Assembly: GCA_034780895.1 (NCBI GenBank)
Contig: JAUZTB010000048.1
Span: 3,841,244-3,905,243, forward strand
Length of the DNA stretch: 64,000 nt
Direction of reading: 5' to 3'
From: Rhynchobatus australiae
Taxonomy: Eukaryota
The notes beneath the pieces were generated by a model. The model saw only the letters and a program-made list of their open reading frames with translations, was not told the origin of the DNA and did no database searches. The translations under genes were made by a program, and so were the position numbers. Below are positions 27,801 through 42,800 of this stretch, piece after piece (within the stretch, counting starts at the first letter, position 1; every line of letters starts with the position of its first letter).

Positions 27801-30800
27801 GCATGAGATGCTGAGAAAAATTCATAGAGGTCTATGAAGAGTGACAGTGTTCTGATTTGCATTTGGTTTAGAAATAGAAACAAATTGGGTATTGGTACCA
27901 GTGGCTCAGTTCCATATGGGAACACTCTTGTAATGCTCAACATCCTGTTAATTAGCAGGCAAGCAGGCTTCTGTGTGCTAATTGATTCCCGTACCAAAAT
28001 TGTATTTCATAATTATGGTAGTTAGGGTTGCTCTTCAATGAGTGATTTGCCTGACGGGACTCGCATGGAGACCAGCTAGTTTTCACACTTTATACGGACT
28101 GACATTAGGTGAGGCAATTGCACCAATAATCTGTGATACTTTTATACAAATTTCAAAATGAAGTTTGTGCCAGAACTAGTTCAAATAGGGTGAGCCATTA
28201 ACTTGGACTGCATCAACAAAAAAAGGAAAAGCACCCTTTAGCTATGTACAAACAAATCAAGAGTAATGCTTGAAAAGAATACCTCAACACAAATGCTTGA
28301 ATTTCTGGACAGTATTTGGAGCTCTCATTAACAGCAGATTATTGTTAAATTCAAATTTGTCACTGATAATAAGAGCAAGAAGCAACCCTGAAACTGAATT
28401 TGTGTTCTGTGAAAAGCACTTAGGATGCAGATGTAATAACTTGCCACTGAAACCATTGAGGGAAAAGACAAATAAGTTTCTTATTGAACTGACTGGGCTT
28501 ACAGCTTACCTGGTATCGCCTGAGTAAACACCAGACTCTTGCCAAGAACTTTTCAAACCGTGGGTCATCAATACAACTGTACCTATACAACTGTTCCTAA
28601 AAAAAAGACAAGATAAAACTCTTTCAAGGACCAACTCACTTTTTTGTCGATTTAGCTACAAGAATAAAACTGGCAAGGATACACCAAGAAAACACGAGGT
28701 TGCAGACCCAAAACATTGACTGTTCCTCCTTCCACAGATGCTGTCTGACTTGCTGAGCTTTTCTGCTTTTGTTTGAAATTTCCAGCATGTGCATTTCTTT
28801 TGATTTTCATGCACCCTATTTGAAAGCACTGGAATGGGAGCCTTTTTTGATGTTTTCCACTGCTCTCCCCCGGATCAGATGGAAATATGACACGGAGATA
28901 GGAACAGAAGTACATAGTCCTGATTAACTGCTGAATTCGTCCAGAAGTATATATGTTCTCTGAACAGGTTTGTTACTACAGAGCATATTCATTTTTAACC
29001 TGGTAATGCTTCGCTTATGGTTTCTGACTCTATAGTATCTCATTAATGGTTTTTGATTGTCTATGGAGCCTCATTGTTGATTTATGATTCTTCCTGTCAT
29101 CTCATAATGGTTTCTGACTTGTTAAGCTATGTACTTCTTGGTTCTTGACACTGTATGTGGTTTCATTGTTGGGTTTTGACACTCACAAGTCTTTTGCATT
29201 GGATATGATAAAGAATGCAAGCAACTTATTAGAAATTTGGAAGACAGGGAAGAACTTGGGAAAATTACAATCACTAAGGAAGTGGTACTGAACAAACTGT
29301 TGGAATGGCAGGCTTCAAGGTTCTCAGGTCGTGACGGACATTATCTTAAGAGGAATGACTTGTGGGATTGTTAATGCGTTGGTTTTAATTTTCTAAAATT
29401 CCCCAGATTTGGGGAATGCTCCATTAGATGGGAAAATAGCAAATGTAATCATTTTATTCAAAAAGGGAGACGGAAAGTAGGAAATTTCAGGTGAGTCAGC
29501 TTAACATCTGCCATAGGGAAAATATTTACCGCTATTACTAAAGATGTTTGCAGCAGAGCACTTAGATGTTCTGTGAAAGAGAAACCATATTTGACTAGTT
29601 TATTGGAGTTCTTGGAAGCAGTAACATACAGTATGCAGTATGGGGGAACTGGTGGCTGTACAATATTTATACTTCCAGAAAGCATTTGGCAAGGTGCTGC
29701 ATCTAAGATAGCTGCAAAAAATAAAAGCTCATGGTAGGAGGTAACATATCGGCAGGGATAGGATCGCTGGCTATCAGGAAACCATGCGTAGGAATAAATG
29801 GGTCGTTTTTCAGATTGGCATGATGTAATAAGAGGTATGTGAGAGAATACTCAACCTTTTATAATCTATATAAAATGATTTAGGTAAAGGCACTTAAGGA
29901 AGGACTGCTAAATTCCCAAATGACACAAAGAGATGTAGGAAGTTGTATAAGTTGTAAAGAGAATGTAAGGAGGCTACAAAGGGATAGATTAAGTGAATGG
30001 GCAAAGATTTGGCAAATGAAATATAATGTGGGAAAATGTGAAATTGTCCACTTTGGCAGGAAAAAATAAAAAAGCGTATTAAGTAAACAATGAATGACTG
30101 TAGGGCTCTTAGATTCGGGCAGTTAAGCAATGCTTAGATTTTAAGATTTGCATCCTTGTTTACAAATTGCTTCATGACTTTGCTCCTCCCTATTTCTATT
30201 CTCCTCCAGTTTTAAGATTTTACAAAATTGTGGAAATTCAAGGCACTGGCCATTCACTGCTCTGTGTCCATCATGGGTGAAATAGGAACATTCAGCCTTG
30301 CCCCACTTTTGAGTTCTTGGCCCACTTTCTTGTAGGTTACACAACTTCAAATGCATTTTCAAATATGTTTCAAATGCTTTAAGTTTCTGCCTTTACCAGC
30401 ATTTCATCAGCTGAGTTCCAGACTCTTGCCACCAATTTCTCAACTTCCTACTAATTCTTCTCGCACTTATATGACAGAAGAACATCTCACATTACGATGC
30501 AAAACAAAACCCATTTCATACTCTCTTGCCCTATATAACCAGGCAAAAAAGTAAAAGACTCACCAGTTTACTTAAGTAGTTCCGGCTGATCTTCCTAACT
30601 TCTCCTTTATAACGTACACAGGCAATATCATTCTCAAAGTGCATTTCAACACGTGGCAGTGGAATTGGAGGGTATGCGAGCCTTGAAGGGTAACAGTACA
30701 CCAACCTGTCCATTACCTCCGGCCTCTCCAACTCTTCTGTGGGACAGCAAACAGTACAAGTTCAGAAATTTGAGTCAGAAAGAAAACCTGAAATCTGAAG

Positions 30801-33800
30801 TTAAACATATATTGTACAAGTGATAAAGCAGACGTGCAGTGGAGAATAAAATTATAAATCAAATATTTAAAAAGGAAAGAAGGAATAGTACATGTGAGGT
30901 GAGAGATTTCAGAACGCCAATCTCCTGTTTAAAGGTAGCAAATAATAATATATGATTATAGAAATTAACTCTGTATTAAAATAAATAAATGGTAAACAGA
31001 ATTAAGATTACACTTTTAAGGCATCCAGGTGCTTCTGCAAAGCCATTTTTGAAAATGTAAAACTTCACAGGATATTTTTAAATAGAGCTTTAGTTCATTT
31101 TTGTTTAGCAGAGCCCCTCAGGAGAGGAAGTCTGCCATCTCTACCTGATCTGACCACATGCAACTCCACACACCAACGTGGTTGCTCTTAAATGGACTCT
31201 GAAATGAACTAGCAGGCCACTCAGTTATAAGATTACTGCCGCTTTGAAACAGAGAAAGAAAAAAACTGGATGGATCACCTGACACTGACCAAGGCCAGAA
31301 AGTGACCACTGCAAAATTAGTGGAGACACAAATTCCTGTCTTCACACCAAGGACCCAATCCATCATGTTGGGTGGCACCACAGTTGTGCTAAATGGGGAC
31401 AGACTCAGATCAATTCAAAACTGAGCATCCATGAGGCACTGATGACCATCAGCAACAGCAGAAATGTGTTTCACCACAGTCTGTAACCTGTGGGGCAGAA
31501 TATTCCTCATTTCACCATTGCCATCAAGCTAGGGGATCAACACCAGTTCAACAGAGTGCAGAAGGGCATGCCAGACCAGCACCAGGCCGACCTAAAACTG
31601 AGGTGTCAACTTAGTTGTTAGAACATCGGACTAGGTATGTGCGTAACAGCAATGACAGTATCCCATAGTCAGGGCTAACTACTCTCATAATCAATGGATT
31701 GAATGGAAGCTCTGAAGTCCTACCAATCTAGTCACGAAAGGTGGTGATCAATTAAACAATTCGCGGGAGGGAGGGGATCCAAGGACATTTCTGTTCTCAG
31801 CAACAGCTGGATCCAACACGAGTTTAAAAGACAAGGCTAGATCATTTCAAACTGTGTTCAGGCAGAAGTGCTGAGTGGATGATGCAGCTTGAATTCCTCC
31901 TGAGATCCTCACCGTCACAGAAGCCAGACTTCAGCCAATTTAGTTCACTCCACATGATATCAAGAAATGGCTGAGAGCAATGGAAACAGCAATGGCCTTG
32001 GGACCAAACCACCTGCTAATTATATCAATAACTACATCTTTAGCCAAGCTGTTCCAGTACAGTTACCATATTGGTTGGCATATACCAGACAATGCACGAG
32101 ACTGTCCAGGTACATCCTGCTCACCTCACTCACAAATACCCTGCCCAGTTTGGTTTTCTGGGCTCCTTCACTGCCTTGGTCCAAACGTGCAACAAAGAGA
32201 TGAATTCTAGAGGTGAGATGAGAACAACTGCCCTTGACGTCAAGGCAGCATTTGGCATCGAGGGGCCATGGTAAGACTAAAGTCAGTGGGCACTCTAATG
32301 TTTGCCACAATAGGAATAAATGGGTGTAATTAATTATCCATTAGAGAAACATCATTCAAAAGCGGCCAAGACTGGAAATGAAATATTCCAGGAAACTTAG
32401 ATGAAACAGGCAAAATGGAAAAAGAGGTGGGGTAGCTTTAATGGTACAGAATGGGATAAAAACAATCAAAAGGAAGGATCTTAGTCTAAAACATGAAGTA
32501 GGATCATTTTGGGTGGAGCTCAGAAATAGCAAGAGCCAAAAAACATTAGTGCAAATTGTACAGAGGTCACCAGCAGTCATGGTAATGCAAGGCACAGTAT
32601 AAATAAGGAAATCAGAGGTGCATGTAACGAGCGTATACAATATCTAGGGGACTTTAATCTAATACATAGGCTGAAAAAGTTAAATTAGCAGTTTAAGTGC
32701 AGATTCATGGAGTGTACAAGAGATGGTTTTCTAGGTCAGTATGTTGAGGAAACAATAACAGAACAGGATATTTTAGATCTAGCATTGTAAAATGAGAATG
32801 AGGTAATTGATAATCTGATATTTAATGGGTCTTTAAGGGATCATGATCACAGCATGATCAAAATTTTACATAAAAATTGAAAGTGATTTTGTTCAATTTA
32901 AATAACACAATTTGCTAAGGCGTGAGATTTGTTATGCTGGATTGGGATACTTCATTACAATGTATGACAGTAAATAAAAAAATGTCTTAACATACATAAT
33001 TTACTTACAATAAGGCACAAAACCTCCTTAAGGCACAAGAACCCAAGAGGAAAAGTGGTTTAGCCATTGCCATGAACAGAAATTAAAGACAGTATTAGAT
33101 CAAAAGAAAAGTTGCCCAAAAACATAGTAAACCTAAGGACTAGGAAAGCTTCAGAATTCAGCAAAGGAGGAACAAGGCATTGATAGCAAAAAGGTGGAAT
33201 ATGTGGGTTAGCTAGCGGGAAATATAATAACAGACTATGAGACCTTCTACAGACATGGAAAAAGAAAACGGTTATACTGCGGACCTTTTATAGACTGAGA
33301 CAGGAGACACTATATTGGGGAATAAGGAAATGGCAGAGAAATTAACCATATATTTTGTATCTGTCTTCATGGAAGACACAGAAAACCTCTGGTAAACAGT
33401 GGGAAGCTACATTTCTAGTGTGAAAAAGGAGCTCAAAGAATTTAGAACAGTAAAAGCTCTGTTATCTAGCATATGCTGCACTTGATAGATTAAATCCTTG
33501 CTATTAGCTTGCTCATGTCTGCATAACTCACCTGACATATTGCACTCTCGGAGTACCGCTAAATGCTTCTCTCGGACTCGCTTCACATATTCACCAGATA
33601 TGTAATAGATCTTCCCACAGATTGCTTCCACTGAATCTTTAGCCACTGCTGCCACATGGGGTCCACATTGCTTCCGCAAATGTTCAAGCCTCTCCTGTAG
33701 CAAATAAAAGAGTCAGGATTTTATCCAACAGATTAGATCGCAATATATTTCTACAAAGAAGCATTTGTAAATAGCATTTAAATAACCCATATTTCCATTC

Positions 33801-36800
33801 TCTAAGTTGCAGTGCCTCTATATTAGTGGCTTGAAATTTCTTAGTATGAAACTTCAACTTTTCTGTTCTACTCTTAACTATTGTTCAGGACACTTTCTCA
33901 GAAACTGTGCCAGGAACATGGTTAAGGCGTCAGCCCTCAGCTGGCACTCCTGATCTCACCACTGCATGGCGTGAGTGAGCCACTGAGGCAACATGCAATG
34001 GCTTCCTTTGACGGCTTGCGTTGGGCACCCTGGGTCAGCAGAGCTCAGGGCTGCATACTGCCTGGCTTGGTGACAGGCATGTGACCTTACAAGGAGAAGA
34101 GAACATCTCATTAAATCCAATCCCTCCAGTATCCATTTGTAACTTTGAAGCCCAGACCTCATTAAACACAAAACCTCTACGATATTAATTCATCACAAAA
34201 GCCCATTCCATCATGGCCCTGACTCATCCATTCAACAAGTTCCAGTTATACCACAGTTTTTCCATTTTAACTCTTGCGCATCAACAGAATGTACAGTAAT
34301 AAACTGAGATCATAATCATTTGTGTCCTCAGATGTAGACTCCAGGGCATATATATAGGACAAATGACTGCAGACAACATATTGGTGTTGCATTAGTGAAT
34401 GTTCATTGTAAATAGGCAGAGTAGGAAGGTCATGATATCAATCAATGTGCAATGTTGATTTGACTCCAGTGCTGCCATCTTGGAGATCAATGCTGCATTC
34501 TTAATTTTGAAGGATTCCCCCACTATCTAGACTGGCCATCAACTTATTGTAAAATCTGGTCGATATCTTCAGCCACTGCTACAACTGTTCCTGGGTTTTA
34601 TGCTGCCTATAAATGTTTCAAGCTACAAGAGTTAGAAGGAATTGTGTGGAGAGCTCTGAAGAATGTTTTGTTGACATCACAGTTTACGTCCATCTCTAGG
34701 GCTTTCCTTGCAATATAGCTTGACAAGTAGAATAAACAGAGAGCAAGAACACACTAGCCAAGATGGCAGGCTTCCCCATGACACTGGGTGGCTTTGACTA
34801 CACGTAGATCACTTGGGCAGTGCACATCAACTGTGGCTAATATTGGAACTGAAAGGTATTCTATTCCACTCCTTCAATGCCCAGCTGGTATGTAACACAG
34901 TGAATCATGCAGGTCAACATCAGTACCTTGGCTGCTGGCCACTGTGTTAAACCCCACTGAGCAATGAGGAGAATCTAATGACAACTTGATTGATGACACG
35001 TGTGCAACACATGCTCCCAAGAGCAGTATACATACAATGAAATTCATACAGCCATATACAAATAATAGAAGAGGGCAGGTACGGTAGTGTAGCTGTTAGC
35101 GTGACGCTATTACAGTGCCAGCGACCCAGGTTCAATTCCAGCCACTGTCTGTCAGGAGTTTGTACGTTCTTCCTGTGCCTGCATGGGTTTCCTCCAGGTG
35201 CTCTAGTTTCCTCCCACATTTCAGAGACGTACGGGTTAGGAAGTTGTGGGCATGCTATGTTGGTGCTGGAAGCGTGGTGACACTTGTGGGCTGCCCCCAG
35301 AACACTCTACGCAAAAGACGCATTTCACTGTGTGTTTTGATGTACATTTATATCTTAATAAAGATATCTATCTAAAAGAAATGAGAAGAATTTTTTTTCG
35401 CCCAGAATCACTGGGTATATTGAAGGGAGGAAGCAGTAGATTTTTAGACATTAAGGGAAACATTAAGAATATTTCTCATTCTTGCTTATATTTGCTCAGG
35501 TGAAGCAGTGAGATCTTTATGAGTTTATGAATGCGAGAGTTCACATTCCAAGATTACTTAAGATTCTTAACTTCCAGCATCAAAAGGAGGTGGGTAGGGG
35601 GTGAGGAGGGAAGGAACAAGAGTGCATCAGTCTGCATTTAAATACCTCCTTTTGCAGCATTATGAAATCCCATAATCAATGGGATTCGCGTAGGAATTGT
35701 CTGTCAAATTGCATAAATGTCATTTGGAAACTTGCTGCATATTTCCAGCACAGCAGTGTAGATATGACTCACTGTAATCCAGCCCTGGTTCTAAGGACCC
35801 ACACTGCTGTTTAAGCATTGGTTTTCTTTGTCCTTTCTTAAGACTACCTGAAAGCAATGACTGCACGATGTTGAACTTTGTCTTTAGACCGAAAATCGTG
35901 AGAACAAAAGATCAAAGAGAAATAAACTCTATGTTACCAGGTAGCATGCCAGCGAATTCTTAACTTTATTGAGAATGATTCTTCATTGTGCACGTGGGTA
36001 GGTCAGGGTTATTTTAATCTGTTGGCAGAGGCTTGAGTTGCTAATTTCAGTTGCCTCTGAGAAACTTTGTCTTGAAATCATGAGATGGAACAATGAAGTT
36101 GATTTTAAGACGAAATGAGAACATGGCCTGTTTTAACTGTATATATTGTGAATGAGGCTAATGAACACTCAGAGCAACGAAGGTACACTGCTGGCCTCCA
36201 AATGGAACACTCTCCTGGTCAAAAAAAAGGCCCTGATTTGTAATGTTAATGAACACATGAAACACTGCAAATGATGTCACGCTTAGTCAACTCAAGGATC
36301 AGAATTGAATGCTTTTGTCAAACAAGAAACAAGAATAATGCAATGGTAGCTTTTTTTATACATACAGAAGGGAAAGAATAATTGCCTGCTTCAAAATCAA
36401 TTATTTTGAAGTAATTGAATTAAATATCTGCATCGATCTGCACAACAAAATCTGCCCTGAGTCAATGGAGGAAGGTCATAGTTAATTTCTGCAGAAGAAC
36501 TTGTCATTGATTAAAGACTTTGGGAGGGAAATGTGGGATGATATCGAGATCATTTAAAGGGAGGGAAAGGGGAATGTGTAAGCTGTTGTGAAAGTGTACT
36601 CCACACATTACATTAACAGTAGCTTCTGTAAAAGTGGACTTCATTCTATGTTTCAAATGCAGAAATTGCTTCATTAGCTTCCTGTCACACTACTGCTGTT
36701 TTTTAGTAAAAGTGAGCTCTGCCCCAGGAACTATCTGTCCAAATAAATGAATGTTAGTCTAATTATCATTAACATCAACTTTTGTAAAAGTGTGCCACAA

Positions 36801-39800
36801 TTTACCATAATGCTAACGCAATCTCTTTACATTATACGACAACTGTTGTAATCTTTTGCAAACACAGTACTGTTCAGGCAGATACACGAATGATGACTAA
36901 TGTAAAAGTGAGCCCCATGCCATCATACACTCCGCAGAGTAAGGCTATGTGAAATATTGTAGGATCAACCTGTGAATATTAATAATTGGTACTGATCTCA
37001 AGTCTGCTGTAGCTGGAACAAAGTATTAAAATACCTTTGGCAGCGTCTACGTTTCTTTGCTTTCCAAAGCGCCTTTCCCACTGGAGACAAATGTCAGAGT
37101 GGCTAAGATTAGGTGACATCCTTGGGAAGGCCAGCAAACCACATGGAAACAGATGCACAATAATTTTTTGGAGAATCCAAAAATATCTGAAGGCTGCCAA
37201 GCATTCCCCCATGGTAAAATTATAAACAAAATACACAAACTCTTCCCCCTTACACTTTTACAGATGGATTGCAGCAGTATCCAAAACATTCGGACATTTG
37301 CACTTTCCTCACACTGTTTGATGTCCATCATCATATTACATCAGACAGTCTTTATGAATGCAAATTGCAACCAGTAATCACCTTATATTATCACATCTAA
37401 AAATATTCCCCAGGAAGAATATCTCCATTCAAAACTGGGGTGCTCGGTTGCCCTTCATTTATCCCCTTATGTGATAAGATGCAGGATGTCAGACAATGCA
37501 CTCTGAATTCTGACTAAGCCTCTTTTTGGAACATGATTAGATTACACCAGGATTGCAAAAAAATTGTATGGATAAGAGTCCCAAATTTCAAAGCCTGTCA
37601 ACCTTCAAGAAATGAAATATGGATGTGATTACCACTGAAAAAACTGAAAGAATAAGGAAGTTTAGATCTGCTAATGCTTTACTTCCCATACTCTGCCTGC
37701 ACTTGTACTCTCGGACTCACTCACTGATTCTCCCGATCTCTCCCTCTCTCTCACACGCTCACTGTCACTCACTTTTCCACTGAATTACTTGCTCCCTAAC
37801 TCACTTGCCTCTTGATACCCACCCACTCTTATACAGTAACAATCATCTGGATTACATACTGAAACATCCTAAGGTGCTTCATAAGAACATCTACAGTCAA
37901 AATTTGTCACTGAGCCACATGAAGTATTGGGACAAATAAGGAAAAGCCCCAAGCGTTAGAATTCCCCTTCTAACCCTCTCCACCTCTTCAGTTAAGATGT
38001 ATTGAGGAACATCTTAAATGAAAAGAGGGAGAGGGTTAGGAGGGGAATTGCAAAGCTTTGGAGCTGAGGCAGCTGGATGCACAGCTAGACTGAGCACACA
38101 TATGTGCAAATGTCCCAGTATTATACTGTGACACGCAGCATATTGACAAGGTAGCATTGCTTAAAAGGTTGGTTTACAGGTAGCAGTTGAACATACCCCT
38201 TTTCATAGACACCCCCATAGAAGCACATTGCAAGAAGCATCCTGCCTCACTCTTTGCATACATCACAACATCAGCACAAGTGCATTCAATCAATAAAGTC
38301 CAGACAATCACTTTGAGGAGTGATCGCAGGAGGAATTACTGAGCAGAAATGAGAGCCGTCATCTGGAGGTGTAGGAATGGGAACTTAAAGGCCAGAGGGT
38401 TATGTTGTGACTCAGTTGTAGTGCAGGGCAAGGTTGTTATCTTGCACTTGGCTATCTGCTAGTGCCATTTGGCATGATGCAAAGCCCCCATCAATGGCTG
38501 ACAAGGATTGTGAAGGAGCTCAGTACACACACCTGAGCAATGATGCAGAGCCATCTGTTGTAACACCAAGTAAAGAATAGCTAGCATGCAGGAAGCTGGG
38601 CTTGAAGTGGCAACAAGTCAAAATAGGCTGCAAAACTGAGTGGCACCGGGGGACAGCTCGTGGAGCTGCTGGTTCACAGCTCCAGTGACTCAAGTTCAAT
38701 CCTAATGTCCGGTGCTGCTGGTGTGGTGTTCGCCCTGTGACCACATGGATTTCTCCCCAGATTCCCTGATTTGCTCTGCATTCCAAAGACATGCAGATTG
38801 GTAGGGAATTGGCCACTGTAAATTGTCCCTAGTGAGTGGCAGAATCTGGGGGAGCTGATGAGAATGTGAGGAGAATAAAATGGGTTCAGTGCAGGATTAT
38901 TGTAAATGAGTGCTGGATGGTCAACACCGATTCAGCTCAAGGGCCTGTTTTCATGCGCTATCTCTCTACCAATCTAAAGAACATTAATATCCTGTCTTAT
39001 AATTTGAAATGTAGGTACTGTGATAATATAGGAAATATGGCTGCTAATTTCTACACAATTAGGTTCCACTAACAGTAACCCAATAAAGTTCGGATATATA
39101 TAAATATGAGCTCAGACAACAGAGTGAATCTCCTTGCTCCTCTTCAGAATAGTGTTGTGTGCATCAAATGACCAATGACTGCACAAATGGAATCTTCCTT
39201 TATCATCTGATTTGAAATACAATGCCTCAACATTGGAAAAACTCCTTTAGTATAGTTTTTAGCATCAGCCTGGATATTTTGCCATAGTTCTTCAAGGCTA
39301 AGGGTACTGTAAAACCTTCAGCCTTGTATTTTGTATCCACAGCATTCAAGTGCAGAGCTGCTACCGTTACTGAGATGAGGATATTTATGGAGCCTCCCCT
39401 TCTTGTAAGCTGTCAAATTGTCCACTACCATTTGTATATGTATATGACAGGATTGCAAAGCTTTAATATGATCCAATGATTATGGAATTGCTTACCTCTA
39501 TTGCATGCTGCTTTGGTTATTTAGTAAGTGTGTGGTCTTGTGCTTGCTGCCACTGCTGGTTTGTTTACACTTCTCAAAGAATCAGGGTTGATCACCATAT
39601 TGTAGTTTGTGGTAAATGACAATAGTGCTACATTTGGTTGATATCAACCTACCAGGTTGTCTACCTCTGAACTGTTGGATTGGTTCTGCATATCTGGAAA
39701 GTTTGCACATTTTTGTTCCCATTTTCCCACCTCCGGACTAACTCCTTCAAAGATTACCTTCTAGTAAGTGGATACTGCTGTTTTTTTTGCAACAAACAAT

Positions 39801-42800
39801 CTGCTAGAGGAACTCAGTGGGCTGAGCAACATCTGTTGGGGGGGAAATGAACTGTCGATGTTTCAGGTCAAAGTCGAGTTTATTGGCATATGCACAAGTA
39901 CATGTTTGCACAGGTGCAATGAAAAACTTGCTTGCAGCAACATTACAGGCACATAGCACCAGATAGGCAGCATTCACAAGAAAAGTATAAATTAAACATA
40001 AATTACACATAATTTTTACAAGAGAGAACACAGTTAAATTGGTAACTTAGTTTATTATTGTCACATGTACCGAGCTACAGTGAAAAACTGTGTTTTGCAT
40101 GCCATCCGTACAGATCATTTCATTACATCAGTACACTGAGGTAGTACAAAGGAAAAGCAATAACAGAATGCAGAATGTAGTGTTACGGTTACAGAAAAAG
40201 TGCACTGCAGGCAGATAATAAGGTGAAAGGCTATGATGAGGTAGATTGAGGTCAAGAGTCCATCTTATTGTACAAGGGAACTGTTCAATCCTCTTATAAC
40301 AGTGGATAGAAGCTGTCCTTGAGCCTGGTGGTACGTGCCTTCAGGCTTTTGTATCTTCTGCCCAATGGGAGTGGGGGAGAAGAGAAAACGGCAGGATCGG
40401 AGGGGTCTTTGATTATGTTGGCTGCTTTATCAAGACAGCAAGAAGTGTAGACCGAGCTCAAGACAGAGTTTTTTGTGATGAGTTGAACTGTGTCCACAAC
40501 TCTGTAGTTTCCCGTGGTCCCGGCAGAGCAGTAGCCATACCATGTCATGATGCATCCGGCTTTAGAACAAATAAAAACAAAGAAAAAAGTTCATTGTAGT
40601 GCAAAGTGGTCATAGTGTTGCTATACTGAGGTAGTGATTAGGGCTGTGCTGGTTGGTTCAAGAACTGAATGGTTCATAAGTAAAGAAGGTGATGATGAGA
40701 ACCACTGGGGAGAGGTGAAAGGCAGATAGAACTAGAACCAGTCTCCTGTGTCTCCATTTGATTTGTTTTTTCCACAGGGCATGCTCACAGATTGCCTGCA
40801 CGTAACGGATGCCTCGGGCCAACAGACGCACAAAGGCATTGTGTTTCTTCATGTTCTGCCAAGAAACTCCTGGCATTTGGCGAATCCTGATATTCAAATA
40901 AGTTGCAGCACCCAGTCAGTCTCTTGCTTTAGTGAATTAAGCATCAGTGGCTCATCTGATGCATTTACAGTTTTGCCCTATGTTACAGCTAATGGCTGAT
41001 CCACATGGCTGTGGCCATACTAATTCACATTAGTCTTCAACAAACATCCAATGAAAAATGATGTTGCCCTGTTGCCCAAGATCAAAGCTGATAAATAGAC
41101 TCCTGGTCATTGTGGCTCAGTCTATGTCAAGGCAGGTACTTAATGACAGTGGGATGAAATTTGTTGACTGAAATGCTTTAACGTTGCAACTGCAACACGG
41201 CAGTGAAGTAATTTTGCTTCAAAGCAAACCCTAATGCAAACCCATAACAGAATGGAACTCCAGCAGAGGGGGTCTCATCCCAAATGGCGTTGAGTCAGTC
41301 TAGGTTTCAGTTTTCCATTAAGGTTACATATGTTTGGTGCCAGTGACAAGCTCAAATTATTTACACCACAGCTTAAAATCAGGCTTGAATGTGGCCTTTA
41401 GATTAACTACAACTCTTACTCACAATAAACTGGGTCTGCAACATATGAAAAGCAGATCCCATGGTGGGAAGAACAGAAAGCAACCAACACTCACTGGGAG
41501 ACTGTACCACAGCATTGTAGGGTGCCTGTAGACAATTAAGAACTTCATATCAATTGGTGCAGAGAACTCAAACTTGCAAATTTAAGTGTCAATGCAGAGT
41601 GAACAGATATAAAGCAATCAATTTTGCCTTCACAAAAATCAATAGCCTGAGGCAACAGTAATCCAGTCTCAAAGATTATTTTCTAACACNNNNNNNNNNN
41701 NNNNNNNNNNNNNNNNNNNNNNNNNNNNNNNNNNNNNNNNNNNNNNNNNNNNNNNNNNNNNNNNNNNNNNNNNNNNNNNNNNNNNNNNNTCAGAGTATCT
41801 GTCTTTAGGCTTGGCACCTTTGCCTTTTGCATTCACAAACTGCACGCTGTGATTATTGATGTTAATGAAACCCATTTCTTCTCCCGTATGTTGCAAGATT
41901 GCAGTGTTTTAACATGATTGCCCTTTTCCTCTTTTGCAAGGCTATCTCCTGTAAATGCAGAGCAACGACTATAATTGAAGCTGGATAGTTGTATCTAGAC
42001 AGTGGTTTAGAGTGTGGCATGTTTATGGATTGCACACTGAGTTGTTAGATGTTCCACAGTCTGTTTCTTCTTGCTACAGTCACATATTGGAGATGATCTT
42101 AACTTCCATTTGTATATCAGTTATTCACACATGCCATGATTTGTGCAAATGCAGTTCAGAGATAACATTAGCAAATATAGAACAAAACTAGGGATCCTCT
42201 GCATTGAGTCTATCACAATGTGCTTATATGCAACCTCTTGCAAGTTCCTTTAGCTTCCCAAACTTCATTAAGGTCATAATGGCCTGCTTGTACACAGAAA
42301 AGGGTTTGCTGTGGCCAGCTCCTGGTGAATAGAGAGTGCTTATTTTCCTCAGATCACTGGATTTCGCGAAGGTTGGTGGCATCCTGGTGTATGGATGGAG
42401 GAGGAGTGAATCTTGACTGCACAGGCAGCCAAGGTGCTAGAGAGGGCATTGATTTTTCAGTGATGCACTGAATTACAGCATTGAGTTGAATATCATTGTA
42501 ACCGTGGTTGCATCTGGCCCACGCCACAACACAGTACTCAGGTCTTGAGTATGCAAGAGCTTTTGCTGATATCAGCACTGCTGATGAAGTACTCCCTATA
42601 CCAATCACGTCTTGGACAGAGGATTTCATGACAGATATATTTTTTGAGGATAAGGTCAATAGGTTCTCTTGCCCTCTTCTACTATAACTGGGAGCCACAC
42701 CCTCACTGTCAGCCAACTTTGCCATTAGTGGAGCTACCATATCCATTTCCATGGAGCAGGCTCGATGGGCCAAATGGCTTTCTTCTGCTCCCTCATCCTG

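Noticed and set aside
35074-35150. tRNA-like sequence
   Set aside because: SINE head; no full cloverleaf and it continues into the SINE body
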